A stretch of 64,000 bases of DNA. It comes from Octopus sinensis (taxonomy: Eukaryota). The DNA lies in the NCBI RefSeq assembly GCF_006345805.1, contig NC_043019.1, forward strand, positions 12,647,360-12,711,359. The letters are read 5' to 3'. Both the position numbers and the translations under genes were made by a program. Within the stretch, counting starts at the first letter, position 1. Each line of letters starts with the position of its first letter. Below the pieces are notes generated by a model. That model ran no database searches. It was not told where the DNA came from and saw only the letters and a program-made list of their open reading frames with translations. Positions 1 to 11,764 of the stretch are shown piece by piece.

Positions 1-99
1 CTGACCAAAGCCTTTTGAGTGGATTTGGTAGAAGGAAACTGAAAGAAGCCCGTTGTATGTGCATGTGTGTGGTGTGTGTGTATGTGTATATATATATGT

Positions 100-382
100 G
101 GAGGTGCAATGACCCAGTGGTTAGGGCAGCAGACTCGCAGTCGTAGGATTGCAGTTTCGATTCCCAGACTGGGCGTTGTGAGTGTTTATTGAGCGAAAAC
201 ACCTAAAGCTCTACGAGGCTACGGCAGAGGGTGGTGACGATCTCTGCTATACTCTTTCTTCTTCTGTTGGCCTGCTCGCTTAGCCAGCGGGGTGGCGTCA
301 TTCGAAGGCTAAAACAATGCGAAGCGCATTGTGACCAGCGATGTGTAACAACATCTGATAGACTGGTCGGCCACGCTGATCA
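100..382 (+). mobile_element. tRNA-derived SINE, family B (GGAGGCGCAATGGCCCAGTGG head)
   Basis: A box TGACCCAGTGG and B box GTTTCGATTCC; other copies at ~8134-8194(-), 13597-14007(-), 35388-35661(-), 45093-45380(+), 63954-64000(+). Confidence 0.85.
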
Positions 383-426
<44 letters not shown>

Positions 427-910
427 AATAAATTATATACAAACATACACATATAAACAAATTACATACATACATACACACATAAACAATAGATTATATA
501 CATACATGCACACATAATAGATTATATACAAACTCACACACACATAAACAAATTATATACATATATATATATACATATATATACACTCACATACATATAT
601 ACACATATATGCATACATAAATATATAGACATATATACACACATATATACATACATGAATATATACACATATATACACACATATATACATACATAAATAT
701 ATACACATATATACATAGATAAATATATACACATATATACATAGATAAATATATACACATATATACATAGATAAATATATATACACATATATACATAGAT
801 AAATATATATACACATATATACATAGATAAATATATATACACATATATATACATACATATATACACATATATACACATGTACATAAACAAATTATACATA
901 AAACACAAAC

Positions 911-945
<35 letters not shown>

Positions 946-1177
946 CGCACACACACACACACATATATATAAACAATAAATTATATACACACACAACACA
1001 CATACATATATAAGAAACATGCATATAAATAAAAACATACACATGTATAAATAGACATCTAATAACACACACGATAAATATGCATACATATATTGATTAG
1101 AGGGAAAAGGAAAACCAAGGCAGAACAAGTATCTCAAGTCATTTAGAATAATTTGATTACGGTAAGGCGAATTTGAA

Positions 1178-1253
1178 GCCTTACAGCTGTTTCTGGGATA
1201 ACCCAAGTGGTAGGTTAGCGTGTCCACACACTGGGTATTCCATCATCAGAGAC
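1178..1253 (-). ncRNA. Type I hammerhead ribozyme motif (Penelope-like), minus-strand copy
   Basis: Minus strand reads GUCU-CUGAUGA-[UGGAAUACCCAG...UUGGGUUAUCCCA]-GAA-ACAGCUGU-A-AGGC: intact core, stem I GUCU/AGGC, long stem II, palindromic stem III, GUA cleavage triplet. Confidence 0.75.
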
Positions 1254-1560
1254 ATGTTATAAATATTTTAGACAGGGAAAATTTACAGTTTACAAGGAAT
1301 AAAATAGAAGAATAAAGGAATGATTCTCAGGTGATTTTTAACTAAAGACCTGTATCTTCATGGAAGTACCGACCAACATCCATATCTTCTGGAAAAAGAC
1401 GAGTTATGAACATTATTCTCCTGTCTATATTCTTCTAACTACCTTTACATTTTATTTTCCTATTTTCTCCTTTATTCTTCCACTTTATTCTTTATAAACT
1501 GTGAATATATTTTATTCCTTGTAAACTGTAAATTTTCCCTGTCTAAAATATCCATACCTT

Positions 1561-1636
1561 GTCTCTGATGATGGAATACTCAGTGCATGGACATGCTAAC
1601 CTACCACTTATGTTAATCCAGAAACGGCTGTAAGAC
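1561..1636 (+). ncRNA. Type I hammerhead ribozyme motif (Penelope-like), plus-strand copy
   Basis: GTCT-CTGATGA(1565-1571)-TGGA...TCCA-GAAA(1621-1624)-CGGCTGTA-AGAC; predicted cleavage after A1632. Confidence 0.72.
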
Positions 1637-2405
1637 TTCAAATTCATGTTACCCTAACTAAATTATTCTAAATGACTTGAGATACCCGTTCTGTCTTAGT
1701 TTTGCTTTTTCCTCTCTAATATAATATATACCTTCAATAACAGAACCCTAATACGAATCCCTAGATCCAGCCTCAGATGTGAACTGGGAACCTAACGGAC
1801 AACCAACTATAGCATTTGCTCAGCGTACCTATTCATTTTGATCACAAATGAACTAAACCCCACATATTCTACATACACACACACACACATTATATATATA
1901 CATACATGCACACATAATAGATTATATACAAACTCACACACACATAAATAAATTATATACATACATATATATATACATACATGCACACATAATAGATTAT
2001 ATACAAACTCACACACACATAAACAATAAATTATATACATACATATATATATACATACATGCACACATAATAGATTATATACAAACTCACACACACATAA
2101 ATAATAAATTATATACATACATATATATATACATACATGCACACATAATAGATTATATACAAACTCACACACACATAAACAAATTATATACATACATATA
2201 TATATATATACATAAACAAATATACATATATATATACACTCACATATATACACATATATGCATACATAAATATATAGACATATATACATAGATAAATATA
2301 TATACACATATACACAGATAAATATATATACACATAGATATATACACATATTCATAAACAAATTATACACAAAACACAAACAATAAATTATATATATATA
2401 TATAT

Positions 2406-2443
<38 letters not shown>

Positions 2444-2838
2444 ACAATAAATTATATACATCCGAACTTCTGAGTACCTCATTTCTCTAATATAAAATAC
2501 CTGTACATCATCTCCACACCTTCAAATATATATATATATATATATATAATAAAATATTAGGGAATAAATCCAAACTTACAGGGAAAAATCAGATTTAGGA
2601 TTGAATCCAATTTTATAGTAAAATATTATATTATATTAAATTAGAGATAAAACCACTATTAGGCAAATCATACAATGAAAAACTTAAGCCAATACATAGG
2701 ATTAATTAATTTATCATTATCTTTTATTAAACTTTTAATACTTTTGATATATATTTAAAATAATATAAATTAATTAATCTTATGTATTGGCTTAAGTTTT
2801 TCATTGTTTGATTTGCCTAATAGTGGTTTTATTTCTAA

Positions 2839-2892
<54 letters not shown>

Positions 2893-3263
2893 CTGTTTAG
2901 TAATATGCATAAATATTAATTAGCAGATATATGTGTGTGTATAATTTGTTTATATAAAAGTGTGTGTGTGTACATTGATAAACAACACACAAACATGTTT
3001 ATACTGATAAACAATACACAATAAATTATATATATACACACACACACACACACACCTATATGTGTATATAGGTGTATGTGTGTGTGTGTACATGCTAATA
3101 AACGAATGACAATAACACCACTTTTGTTTAAATTAATAAAAATCAATTAAAAAACAAACGAGAAATGTTTAATACCTCGAAAAGTTCTGCACAGGTCTTT
3201 CGCCGTTGTTCCATGTCTTGACAATGTTAAGGTAACGGCCTGAGTCAAGGTACGGTTGATTAG

Positions 3264-4300
3264 GTGGGGGGGGGGAACAGTGTAATGGTGGTGGTACTAC
3301 TGGATGGGGGTGGTAGTAGTAGTAATGGTAATGACAGTAGTGGTGGTGGTGTTTGTGATAGTGGTGCTGGTGGTGATAGCAGGGTGATAGTGAAAGTCGT
3401 AGTAGTGGTTGTGATGATGATAGTGGTGTTGGCGGTAGTGGTTGTGATGGTGGTGGTGATGATGGTGGTGGTGGTGGTGGTTGTGTGGGGTGGTGGCGGT
3501 TGTGATGGTGGTGTCGGCTGTGATGGTGGTGGCGGTTGTTGTGATGGTGGCGGCCGTGGTGGTGGTTGTGATGGTGGTGGTTGTGGCGGTTGTGATGGTG
3601 GTGGCGGTTGTGATGGTGGTGGCAGTTGTGAAGGTGGTGGCTGTGGTGGTGGTTGTGATGGTGGTGGTGGTGGTGGTGGTGATGGTAGTGGTGATGGTGG
3701 TGGTTGTGGCGGTGGTGGTGGTTGTGATGGTGGTTGTGAAGGTGGTGGTGATGATAGTGGTGGTGTTGATGGTATTGGTGGTGATAGTGGTCGTAGTGGT
3801 GGTGACAGAGATAGTAGTTGTAATGGTAGCTGTTTTGATGATGATACTGAAAGTAATGGAGGTAGCGCTGAGTGGTAGTGGTGGTGGTACTAAAGTTGGG
3901 CTGTAGTAATGACAGTAGTACAGATGGTGCTGATGGTCATGAGGGTTGATTGCAGTGGTTATGGTAGTAGTAGTACTAGTAAGCTATGGCAATGGTAGTG
4001 TTAATGCTGGATACTATGTGTGTGTGTGTGTGTGTGTGTGGTGCAGGTGGTTGTAGTAGTGGTGGTAGCAAAAGTCCTGGCTAGTGTTTGTGAAAGAAGT
4101 GGTGGTTGTAGTGTTGGTAGTGGTAGCCAAAAGTAGTGGTGGAGGTGGTGATAGTAGTAGTTTTGAAAGTAATGTTAGTCTTGGGTGGTGGTTGTCGTAA
4201 TGCTAGTGGTGGCCAATAATTGCAGTGTTGGTGGCAGTAATAGTAGTAATGTGAGTGGTGATAGTCTCAGGACGTTGTAGTGTAGGTAGTAGCGGGCAAT
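3264..4300 (+). repeat. Degenerate (GGT/TGA/AGT)n low-complexity tract
   Basis: Direct inspection. Confidence 0.9.
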
Positions 4301-4319
4301 AATTGCAGTGGTGGTGGTG

Positions 4320-5790
4320 GTGGCGGAGTCTTGTGGAGGTGGTGGTGGTGGCAGAGTCTTGTGGGGGTGGAGGTGGTGGTGCTGTTGGAGTCTTGTGGAG
4401 GTGGTGGTGGTGGCAGAGTCTTGTGGGGGTGGAGGTGGTGGTGGTGGCAGAGTCTTGTGGGGGTGGTGGTGGAGTCTTGTGGTGGTGCTGTTGGAGTCTT
4501 GTGGAGGTGGTGGTGGTGGCGGAGTCTTGTGGGGGTGGAGGTGGTGGCAGAGTCTTGTGGGGGTGGAGGTGGTGGTGCTGTTGGAGTCTTGTGGAGGTGG
4601 TGGTGGTGGCAGAGTCTTGTGGGAGTGGAGGTGGTGGTGCTGTTGGAGTCTTGTGGAGGTGGTGGTGGTGGCAGAGTCTTGTGGGGGTGGAGGTGGTGGT
4701 GCTGTTGGAGTCTTGTGGAGGTGGTGGTGGTGGCAGAGAGTCTGTGGGGGGGAGGTGGTGGTTATGTTGGAGTCTTGTGGAGGTGATGGTGGTGGTGGCA
4801 GAGTCTTGTGGGGGTGGAGGTGGTGGTGCTGTTGGAGTCTTGTGGAGGTGGTGGTGGTGGCAGAGTCTTTGGGGGTGGAGGTGGTGGTGGTGGTGGCAGA
4901 GTCTTGTGGGGGTGGTGGTGGTGCAGGTCTTGTGGTGGCTGTTGGAGTTTGTTGGATCGGTGGTGGTGGTGGCGGCAGAGTCTGTGGGGGTGGTTGGTGT
5001 TGTGGTGGCAGAGAGTCTTTGGGGTGGAGGTGGTGTGCTGTTGGAGTCTTGGGAGGTTGGTGGTGGTGGTGTGGGCAGAGTCTTGTGGGGGTGGAGGTGG
5101 TGGTGCTGTTGGAGTCTTGTGGAGTGGTGGTGGTGGCAGAGTCTTGTGGGGGTGGAGTGGTGGTTATGTTGGAGTCTGTGAGGGTGATTGGTGGTGGCAG
5201 AGTCTTGTGGGGGTGGAGGTGGTGGTGCTGTTGAGTCTTGTGGAGGTGGTGGTGGTGGCAGAGTCTTGTGGGGGGAGGTGGTGGTGCTGTTGGAGTCTTG
5301 TGGAGGTGGTGGTGGAGTCTTGTGGTGGTGTGTTGGAGTCTTGTGGAGGTGGTGGTGGTGGCGGAGTCTTGTGGGGGTGGAGGTGGTGGCAGAGTCTTGT
5401 GGGGGTGGAGGTGGTGGTGCTGTTGGAGTCTTGTGGAGGTGGTGGTGGTGGCAGAGTCTTGTGGGAGTGGAGAGGTGGGTGGTGCTGTTGGAGTCTTGTG
5501 GAGGTGGTGGTGGTGGCAGAGTCTTGTGGGGGGGGGAGTTGGTGGTGCTGTTGGAGTCTTGGGAGGTGGTGGTGGTGGCAGAGTCTTGTGGGGGTGGTGG
5601 TGGTGGTGTTGGAGTCTTGTGGGGGTGGTGGTGGAGTCTTGTGGAGGTGGTGGTGGTGGCGGAGTCTTGTGGAGGTGGTGGTGGTGGCGGAGTCTTGTGG
5701 AGGTGGTGGTGGAGTCTTGTGGAGGTGGTGGTGGTGGTGGTCGCAGAGTCTTGTGGAGGTGGTAGTGATGGAGTCTTGTGGTGGTGGTAA
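4320..5790 (+). repeat. G-rich minisatellite (GAGTCTTGTGG + (GGT)n variants), ~1.5 kb
   Basis: More than 60 copies of the GAGTCTTGTGG core. Confidence 0.95.
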
Positions 5791-6232
5791 TCTTAGGGAA
5801 GCAGTGATTGTGATGATAGCATAGAGGGTGGTGGTCAGGGCAGTGATTCCAATAATGATAGTTATTGTAGATGTTATTGTTACTGTAGCTTGTATTTAGC
5901 TTCTGGTCTCTCCTTAATGATCAACCCTATGAGCAAAAAAAGAAAAAAAACCACACTGGCCATGACCACCCTGTCTTATTGTATATCAAAAACTACATTG
6001 GCTAGTCTAATTTGTCCTTCCATTTTATTTCTAAGATGGTCAGAGCATCATTTTGGAGATTTTGGCTACTATTTCTAGCAAGCAAAACATCCACATAGAG
6101 ACTGACTCATTGGTTTTTCTGCTGGTGACAGAAGCAATGATGGTGAGTGCAAGCGAAGCCACTGGTTTAGTTGATAGCTTGCTACTAATTGCTAGTTAAT
6201 AGCAGAAAGTAAAGTACCAACCAACTAGCTAA

Positions 6233-6765
6233 CAGTAGTAGTGGTGGTAGTAATAGTGATGGTGGTGGTTGATAGTAGTAACAATAGTAGCGGTGGTGGT
6301 GGTGGTAGTAGTAGTAGTGGTAGTGGTGGTGGTGGTAGTAGTAGTGGTAGTGGTTGTAGTGGTGGTGGTGGTAGTAGTGATGGTGGTGGTGGTGATAGTA
6401 GTAATAGAAGTAGTGGTGGTTGTAGCTGTAGTTGTGATGGTGGTGGTGGTAGTAGTAGTTGTAGTGGTGGTAGCAGTGGTGGTGGTACAGTAAAAATAGT
6501 AGTGTGTGGTGGTGGTAGTAGTAACAGAAGTAGTGATGGTGGTGGTGATAGTAATAGCAATAGTAGCAGTGGTGGTGGTGGTAATAGTTGTGGCTGTAGT
6601 GGTGGTGGTAGTGGTAGCAGTAATAGTTGTGGTGATGGTGTTAGTAGCAGAAGTTGTAGAGGTAGTAGTAATAGTAGTAGTAGTAGTAGTAACAGTGGTG
6701 GTGGTGGTAGTAATAGTAGTAATTGTGGTGGTGGTTGTAGCTTCGTGGTGGTGGTTGTAGCTTGG
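6233..6765 (+). repeat. Degenerate (GGT/AGT)n tract
   Basis: Direct inspection. Confidence 0.9.
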
Positions 6766-6918
6766 TGTGGGAAGTGTGATAAGGTATTGGTTGGCACCAG
6801 TGAGTCAAAACCAAGAGATTAAAGTGTGGTGCTGTTTCATGAAGGGAGGTAATTCATCCAGGTATGAGGGAGGTTGAAGAAGTGGTGTGGACCGGTTGTA
6901 GAAATTATTATTTAACTA

Positions 6919-7083
6919 GGCACAGGAGTGGCTGTGTGGTAAGTAGCTTGCTTACCAACCACATGGTTCTGGGTTCAGTCCCACTGCGTGGAACCTTGGG
7001 CAAGTGTCTTCTACTATAGCCTAGGGCCGACCAAAGCCTTGTGAGTGGATTTGGTGGACAGAAACTGAAAGAAGCCCGTCATA

Positions 7084-7126
<43 letters not shown>

Positions 7127-7298
7127 ATCCAACATCGCTTGACAACCGATGCTGGTGTGTTTACGTCCCCTGTAACTTAGCGGTTCGGCAAAAGAGAGCG
7201 ATAGAATAAGTACTAGGCATCCAAAGAATAAGTCCTGGGGTCAATTTGCTCAACTAAAGGCGGTGCTCCAGCATGGCCGCAGTCAAATGACTGAAACA
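6919..7298 (+). mobile_element. tRNA-derived SINE, family A (GGCRCAGGAGTGGCTGTGTGGTAAG head, internal microsatellite)
   Basis: A box TGGCTGTGTGG, B box GGTTCAGTCCC, CORE-like ACCTTGGGCAAGT; more than 15 full or partial copies in the window. Confidence 0.88.
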
Positions 7299-9449
7299 AA
7301 TTATCATCTGCCTGTGTGCACAGGGAACAGCAAGACTCGGAATGCTGGCTTGTATATTCATTCTTGACACATCTCAGGCAGATTAGGACTTCAGTGTAAT
7401 AATTGCGGTTATATTTCATCATTGGAGAATAACTTTTCCTTTCAAATGAATGTGTATTCGTTACACTATGCTCATTAGTGTAAGGGATCCTTGGGACACC
7501 TGATGTTTCGACATTGTTCTGTCTCCTCAGTCAATGCTTCTCCAGATTAATAAATCTAAGAAGAGCTCCTGGTTCTTGTTTATAAATTCAGCTAGCAAAC
7601 TATTTACTGATGTGTGCATGGTGAAGAGTGAGAATCAGAATGATGGCATACATACACATTCCTAATATATTCCAGGAGATCTTAACACAAATATGCAAAT
7701 TACTTATTTCAGATGAACATGAGTTTATAACACTCGATTCATTAGTGTAAGGGGACTTTAGGACACTCTGGGTTTCAATATTGTTATGTCTTTTCAGTCA
7801 ACTGTATCCCAAGACTAATGGATCTAATGAGAGTTTGTGGGTTATGTTCATAAATTCAAACAAATCATTTGCTAATGTATGTATGTATATGTGTGTGTTT
7901 TGATGTGTATATATGTATTTATGCAAGTGTGCTTTATGATCGCATGTAATTGTTCCTGTGAATGCCTGTGTGAATTTATCGATCTATCTATCTGAGATGT
8001 GGGTGGGGGGGGTGGGTTCTTAAATTCAAAGAGTGAAATGTTTTGTCAGTGTCCTCATAAGAGAAAATTTGTTTTGGATATACAGGCTTCCCCACTTGCT
8101 GACTAGTGAACAAAATATGTACCCAAAGGTTAATCGAAACCGCGATCCTCTGACCGTGAGTCCACTGCCCTAACCACTGGGCCATTGCACCTCCATTTAT
8201 ATATATATATATATATATATATGTTTACATGCATACATTGTGTGTGTGTGTGTGAATTATTTGTATATATAAGCATGTATATATATATATATATATGTGT
8301 ATGTTTGTATGTATACCTATATGTATATATATGTATGTAGATTATATATGTGTGTGTGTATACATGTGTGTATGTATGTATACATGTGTGTGTGCTTGCA
8401 CATGTATATTTATATGGGGGCAGACAAAACCATCAAGAGAGAGAGGGGTGCAGTAGTACAGATATAGAAGTACAATATTAACCAAAATCTATTTCGCAAT
8501 CACATTACAGGTACAGTGGGTGAAGTAGGTGGTAGGGGTGGTGGTAGTGGTGGTGGTGATGGTGGTGATGGTGTAGAGGAGACAAACCAAGAAGTTGACC
8601 TGATAACAACAACAACGGAGATGATAACACAGAGATAGCAAGGACCATGAACTCACAACGGGTTGAGGTTTGTGTTTACTTTCTTTTTTTTTGGTTGTCA
8701 AAGACGAAATGGTTTTAAGATAATTAATTTGATTACTTGTGTGTGTGTGTGTGTGTTTGTGTGTCACCCTGTCTATATGTATGCATGCATGTCTGTCTGT
8801 GTGCTTGCCTTTATGTGTGTATATCTCTATGTTTGTGTGGGTGTTTCTGTATATATGGGTGCGTGTTTGCCTGTATGTGTGTGCGTGTATCTGTGTGTTT
8901 GTCAACTTATGCATCATTGTTTGTGTGTGTGAGTATATCTATGTGTGTGTGTGTGTGAGTATGTCTATGTGTACGCGTGTGAGTATGTCTATGTGTATGT
9001 GAGTATGCCTATATGTGTGTGTGTGTGTGTATGTATGTATGCCTATATGTGTGTGTATGTCTATATGTGTGTGTGTGTATGTCTATGTGTGTGCGTTTGT
9101 CTGTGTTTGTCTTATATGTATGCGTGTTTGTCTATATGTACGTGTGTGTGCACGGGTCTATATATATGTGTTCGAGCATGTCCGTCAGTCTGCCTATCTG
9201 TCTATATGTCAGCCTTTTCATGCATCTATCTGTCTGTTTGTCCCTCACCTCCTCCGTCATCTTTCTCCGAATAATGTCAATGACTTGGAATATCTTTAAA
9301 ACAACGTCACCATTGATATAAACAGAATGTGTGTATATGTATACGTGTTAATTCATGTGTATATATGTGGTTATATGTTTATCAGATTGTACGTATGTGT
9401 GTATATGTGCTTTATATTAGCCGGATGCATGTGTGTATGAGTGAGTACT

Positions 9450-9778
9450 GGTACTACTTAAGAAGAGTGGTCCCGGTGCGCGCACTCGCGCTAGCTAGAC
9501 GTGACTAGTCGATCCTCACTTTGTGTTTTTGTTCTATTTTGTTTAAAAAAATTATTTACTTTGTTTTAAAAAATAATTTTTTTTACTCTTACTCTTTTAC
9601 TTGTTTCAGTCATTTGACTGTGGCCATGCTGGAGCACCGCCTTTAGTCGAGCAAATCGACCCCTGGACTTATTCTTTGTAAGAATAGTACTTATTCTATC
9701 GGCCTCCTTTGCCGAACCGCTAAGTGACGGGGACATAAACACACCAGGATCGGTTGTCAAGCAATGCTAGGGGAACAA

Positions 9779-9817
<39 letters not shown>

Positions 9818-10096
9818 CATACGACAGGCTTCTTTCAGTTTCCGTCGACCAAATCCACTCACAAGGCATTGGTCGGCCCGGGGCTATAGCAGAAGACACT
9901 TGCCCAAGATGCCACGCAGTTGGACTGAACCCGGAACCATGTGGTTGGTAAGCAAGCTACTTACCACACAGCCACTCCTGCGCCTATTTTTGTGTAAAAA
10001 AAATTATTTATTTTGTGTCTTATTTACTTTGCTAGGTGGTCGTTGTAGGATCGACTAGTCACGACTAGCTAGCTACTACTCTTCTCAAGTAGTACC
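9450..10096. mobile_element. Merlin-like MITE with nested SINE
   Basis: TIR GGTACTACTT(A/G)AGAAGAGT plus subterminal IR CTAGCTAG.CGTGACTAGTCGATCCT; flanked by GTGAGTACT / GTGAGTACC (9-bp TSD, one mismatch). Confidence 0.7.
9584..9984 (-). mobile_element. SINE family A copy nested in a MITE
   Basis: Reverse-complement match to the 6919 copy. Confidence 0.88.
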
Positions 10097-10392
10097 GTGA
10101 GTACCTACCTATGTATGTGTGTCAGTGGGTGAATGTCTCTGTGCCTTAGTACCTACATTAGTGACAGATTACATGGAGAAGAAGGGGGATAGAGGGAGGA
10201 AGGAAAAGAGCGTGAGGAGGAGGAGGAGAGAAAGTGTGTATGTGGGTGCTTGTTTACATGTCAACGCAAGAGAATGCTCGTTGTTTATGTAATAAGGGAA
10301 TAAAGGTCCAAGGGAGTTAACTGTGTCAGCCTGTTATCCTTCACTCTTTCTTAGGTGTTCAACAAGACGAAGGCAACAACTATAGAGTTTAA

Positions 10393-10761
10393 CTAGCAGT
10401 ATCGCCCGGCGTTGCTCGGGTTTGTTTCGACCCTTTAGAATTGGAATTTTTGAAAAGTAAAAAATTTGCATTATGTAGTTTGTTATTCTCTTTAAGTGAA
10501 CATTTTTTCTGGTTGAAATACACCGAAAAATGGCGACACAGCAGGCAAAAAATAGGGATTTTCATAGAAAAAAATAGCACCTTTTTGATGTAAAGAATTT
10601 TTGGCGTAAACAGTCAGATTTGAATTTTTCCTTCTACGGAAGGAAGAGCAAGCCTTCTTCTATCATACTCTCAATTTTGGTTAACTTACGCCGCAGGGTC
10701 TCGGAGGAGATAGTGTTAGTTGAAGGCTACCAAACCTGCCACACACAGACAACTTCAGCTT

Positions 10762-10795
<34 letters not shown>
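10393..10795 (-). mobile_element. Non-autonomous Helitron
   Basis: Minus strand: A|TC 5' end; CCCGAGCAACGCCGGG hairpin 8 nt before the CTAG|T 3' end. Confidence 0.75.
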
Positions 10796-11282
10796 TCACA
10801 CACTGCATAAGTGAAGGGTGGAGCTTCACTGGGGCTCCTCAAAATGCTAGAAATAACGGCCAGATATCCCCAATCAAGGATATGAAGCACTGCTTGGTGA
10901 AGTTTCTTTCGAAGAACAGGGATTATTTTTCATAAATTTTAATTTCGGGGTTTGTCACCTTATCTTTGTTCTTTAGAACTGTTTATTAAATTAATTGATC
11001 ATTTTCCATGAGTACAGGTGTCAGGGCAAGTGACAGTATGTTCGGTACCCTAGGTTTGTCGTATATTGATCAAACCTTCTTCCAGCCGTGTTGTGTACAT
11101 ATTTTCTCCCAGCCCTACAATCCATTAACTCATCTCCAGCCCTACAATTTACATCCCTTTCTCCCAGTCCCACAATGTGCATCATCATTCCTATAATATG
11201 AATCCCTTTTTCCCATCCCTTCAGTGTGCCTCCTCTTCTCCCAGTCTTATTATACTAAGCACTCCTTAGAAATTTTTTCTTC

Positions 11283-11670
11283 GTGAAGACCTGTTGAGGC
11301 AAGTGAAAATCCAAATCAAAATCGAAATCAATCAACATCAATGGAAATTGCATCTGTGATACCAGTGCCAGTGGCACGTAAGAGAACCATCTGAACATGG
11401 CCATTGCCAGCGCCGCCCCAACTGGCCTCGTGCCGGTGGCATGTAAAAAGCACCATCCGATCGTGGCCTTTCGCCAGCCCCGTCTGGCACCTGTGCAGGT
11501 GGCACGTAAAAAGCACCCACTACACTCATGGAGTGGTTGGCGTTAGGAAGGGCATCCAGCTGTAGAAACATTGCCAAATCAGACTGGGCCTGGTGCGGCC
11601 TTCTGGCTTCCCAGACCCCAGTTGAACCGTCCAACCCATGCTAGCATGGAAAGCGGACGCTAAACGATGA
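11283..11670 (+). mobile_element. RTE 3'-UTR-only copy
   Basis: Matches 39990-40413; similar copies at ~19715-20060(-), 31230-31522(+), 34620-35070(-), 38565-38980(+), 47725-47905(-). Confidence 0.8.
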
Positions 11671-11764
11671 AATTCTTGCAGCTATCACCCTCTTTACATA
11701 GACACACTAAAAAATACATTTTAAAAATTATTACTAACTTGCACACAAGAAATCTATATTCTTT

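Larger units (their letters stand above)
1095..1860. mobile_element. Penelope-like element remnant with inverted pseudo-LTRs
   Basis: ~1095-1305 is the reverse complement of ~1510-1720; each arm holds a hammerhead motif; no intact ORF. Confidence 0.6.

Noticed and set aside
534-2415. ORFs rich in Y/I/C/V/M (also at 8.5-9.3, 17.4-18.5, 53.6-55.9 and 60.9-61.3 kb)
   Set aside because: Artefacts of (TA)n/(TG)n microsatellites and minisatellites.
3264-6822. Long ORFs (150-340 aa) rich in G/V/W or P/L
   Set aside because: They are translations of (GGT)n and minisatellite repeats, open in several frames at once, with no splice or domain support.
6919-7000. tRNA genes (also at 100, 20562, 24378, 45093, 50980-51130 and 63954)
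   Set aside because: A and B boxes are present but there is no complete cloverleaf, and each continues into a SINE body.
8489-8720. Possible minus-strand exon or signal-peptide-like stretch
   Set aside because: No consistent acceptor/donor pair, no recognisable protein, and early stops.
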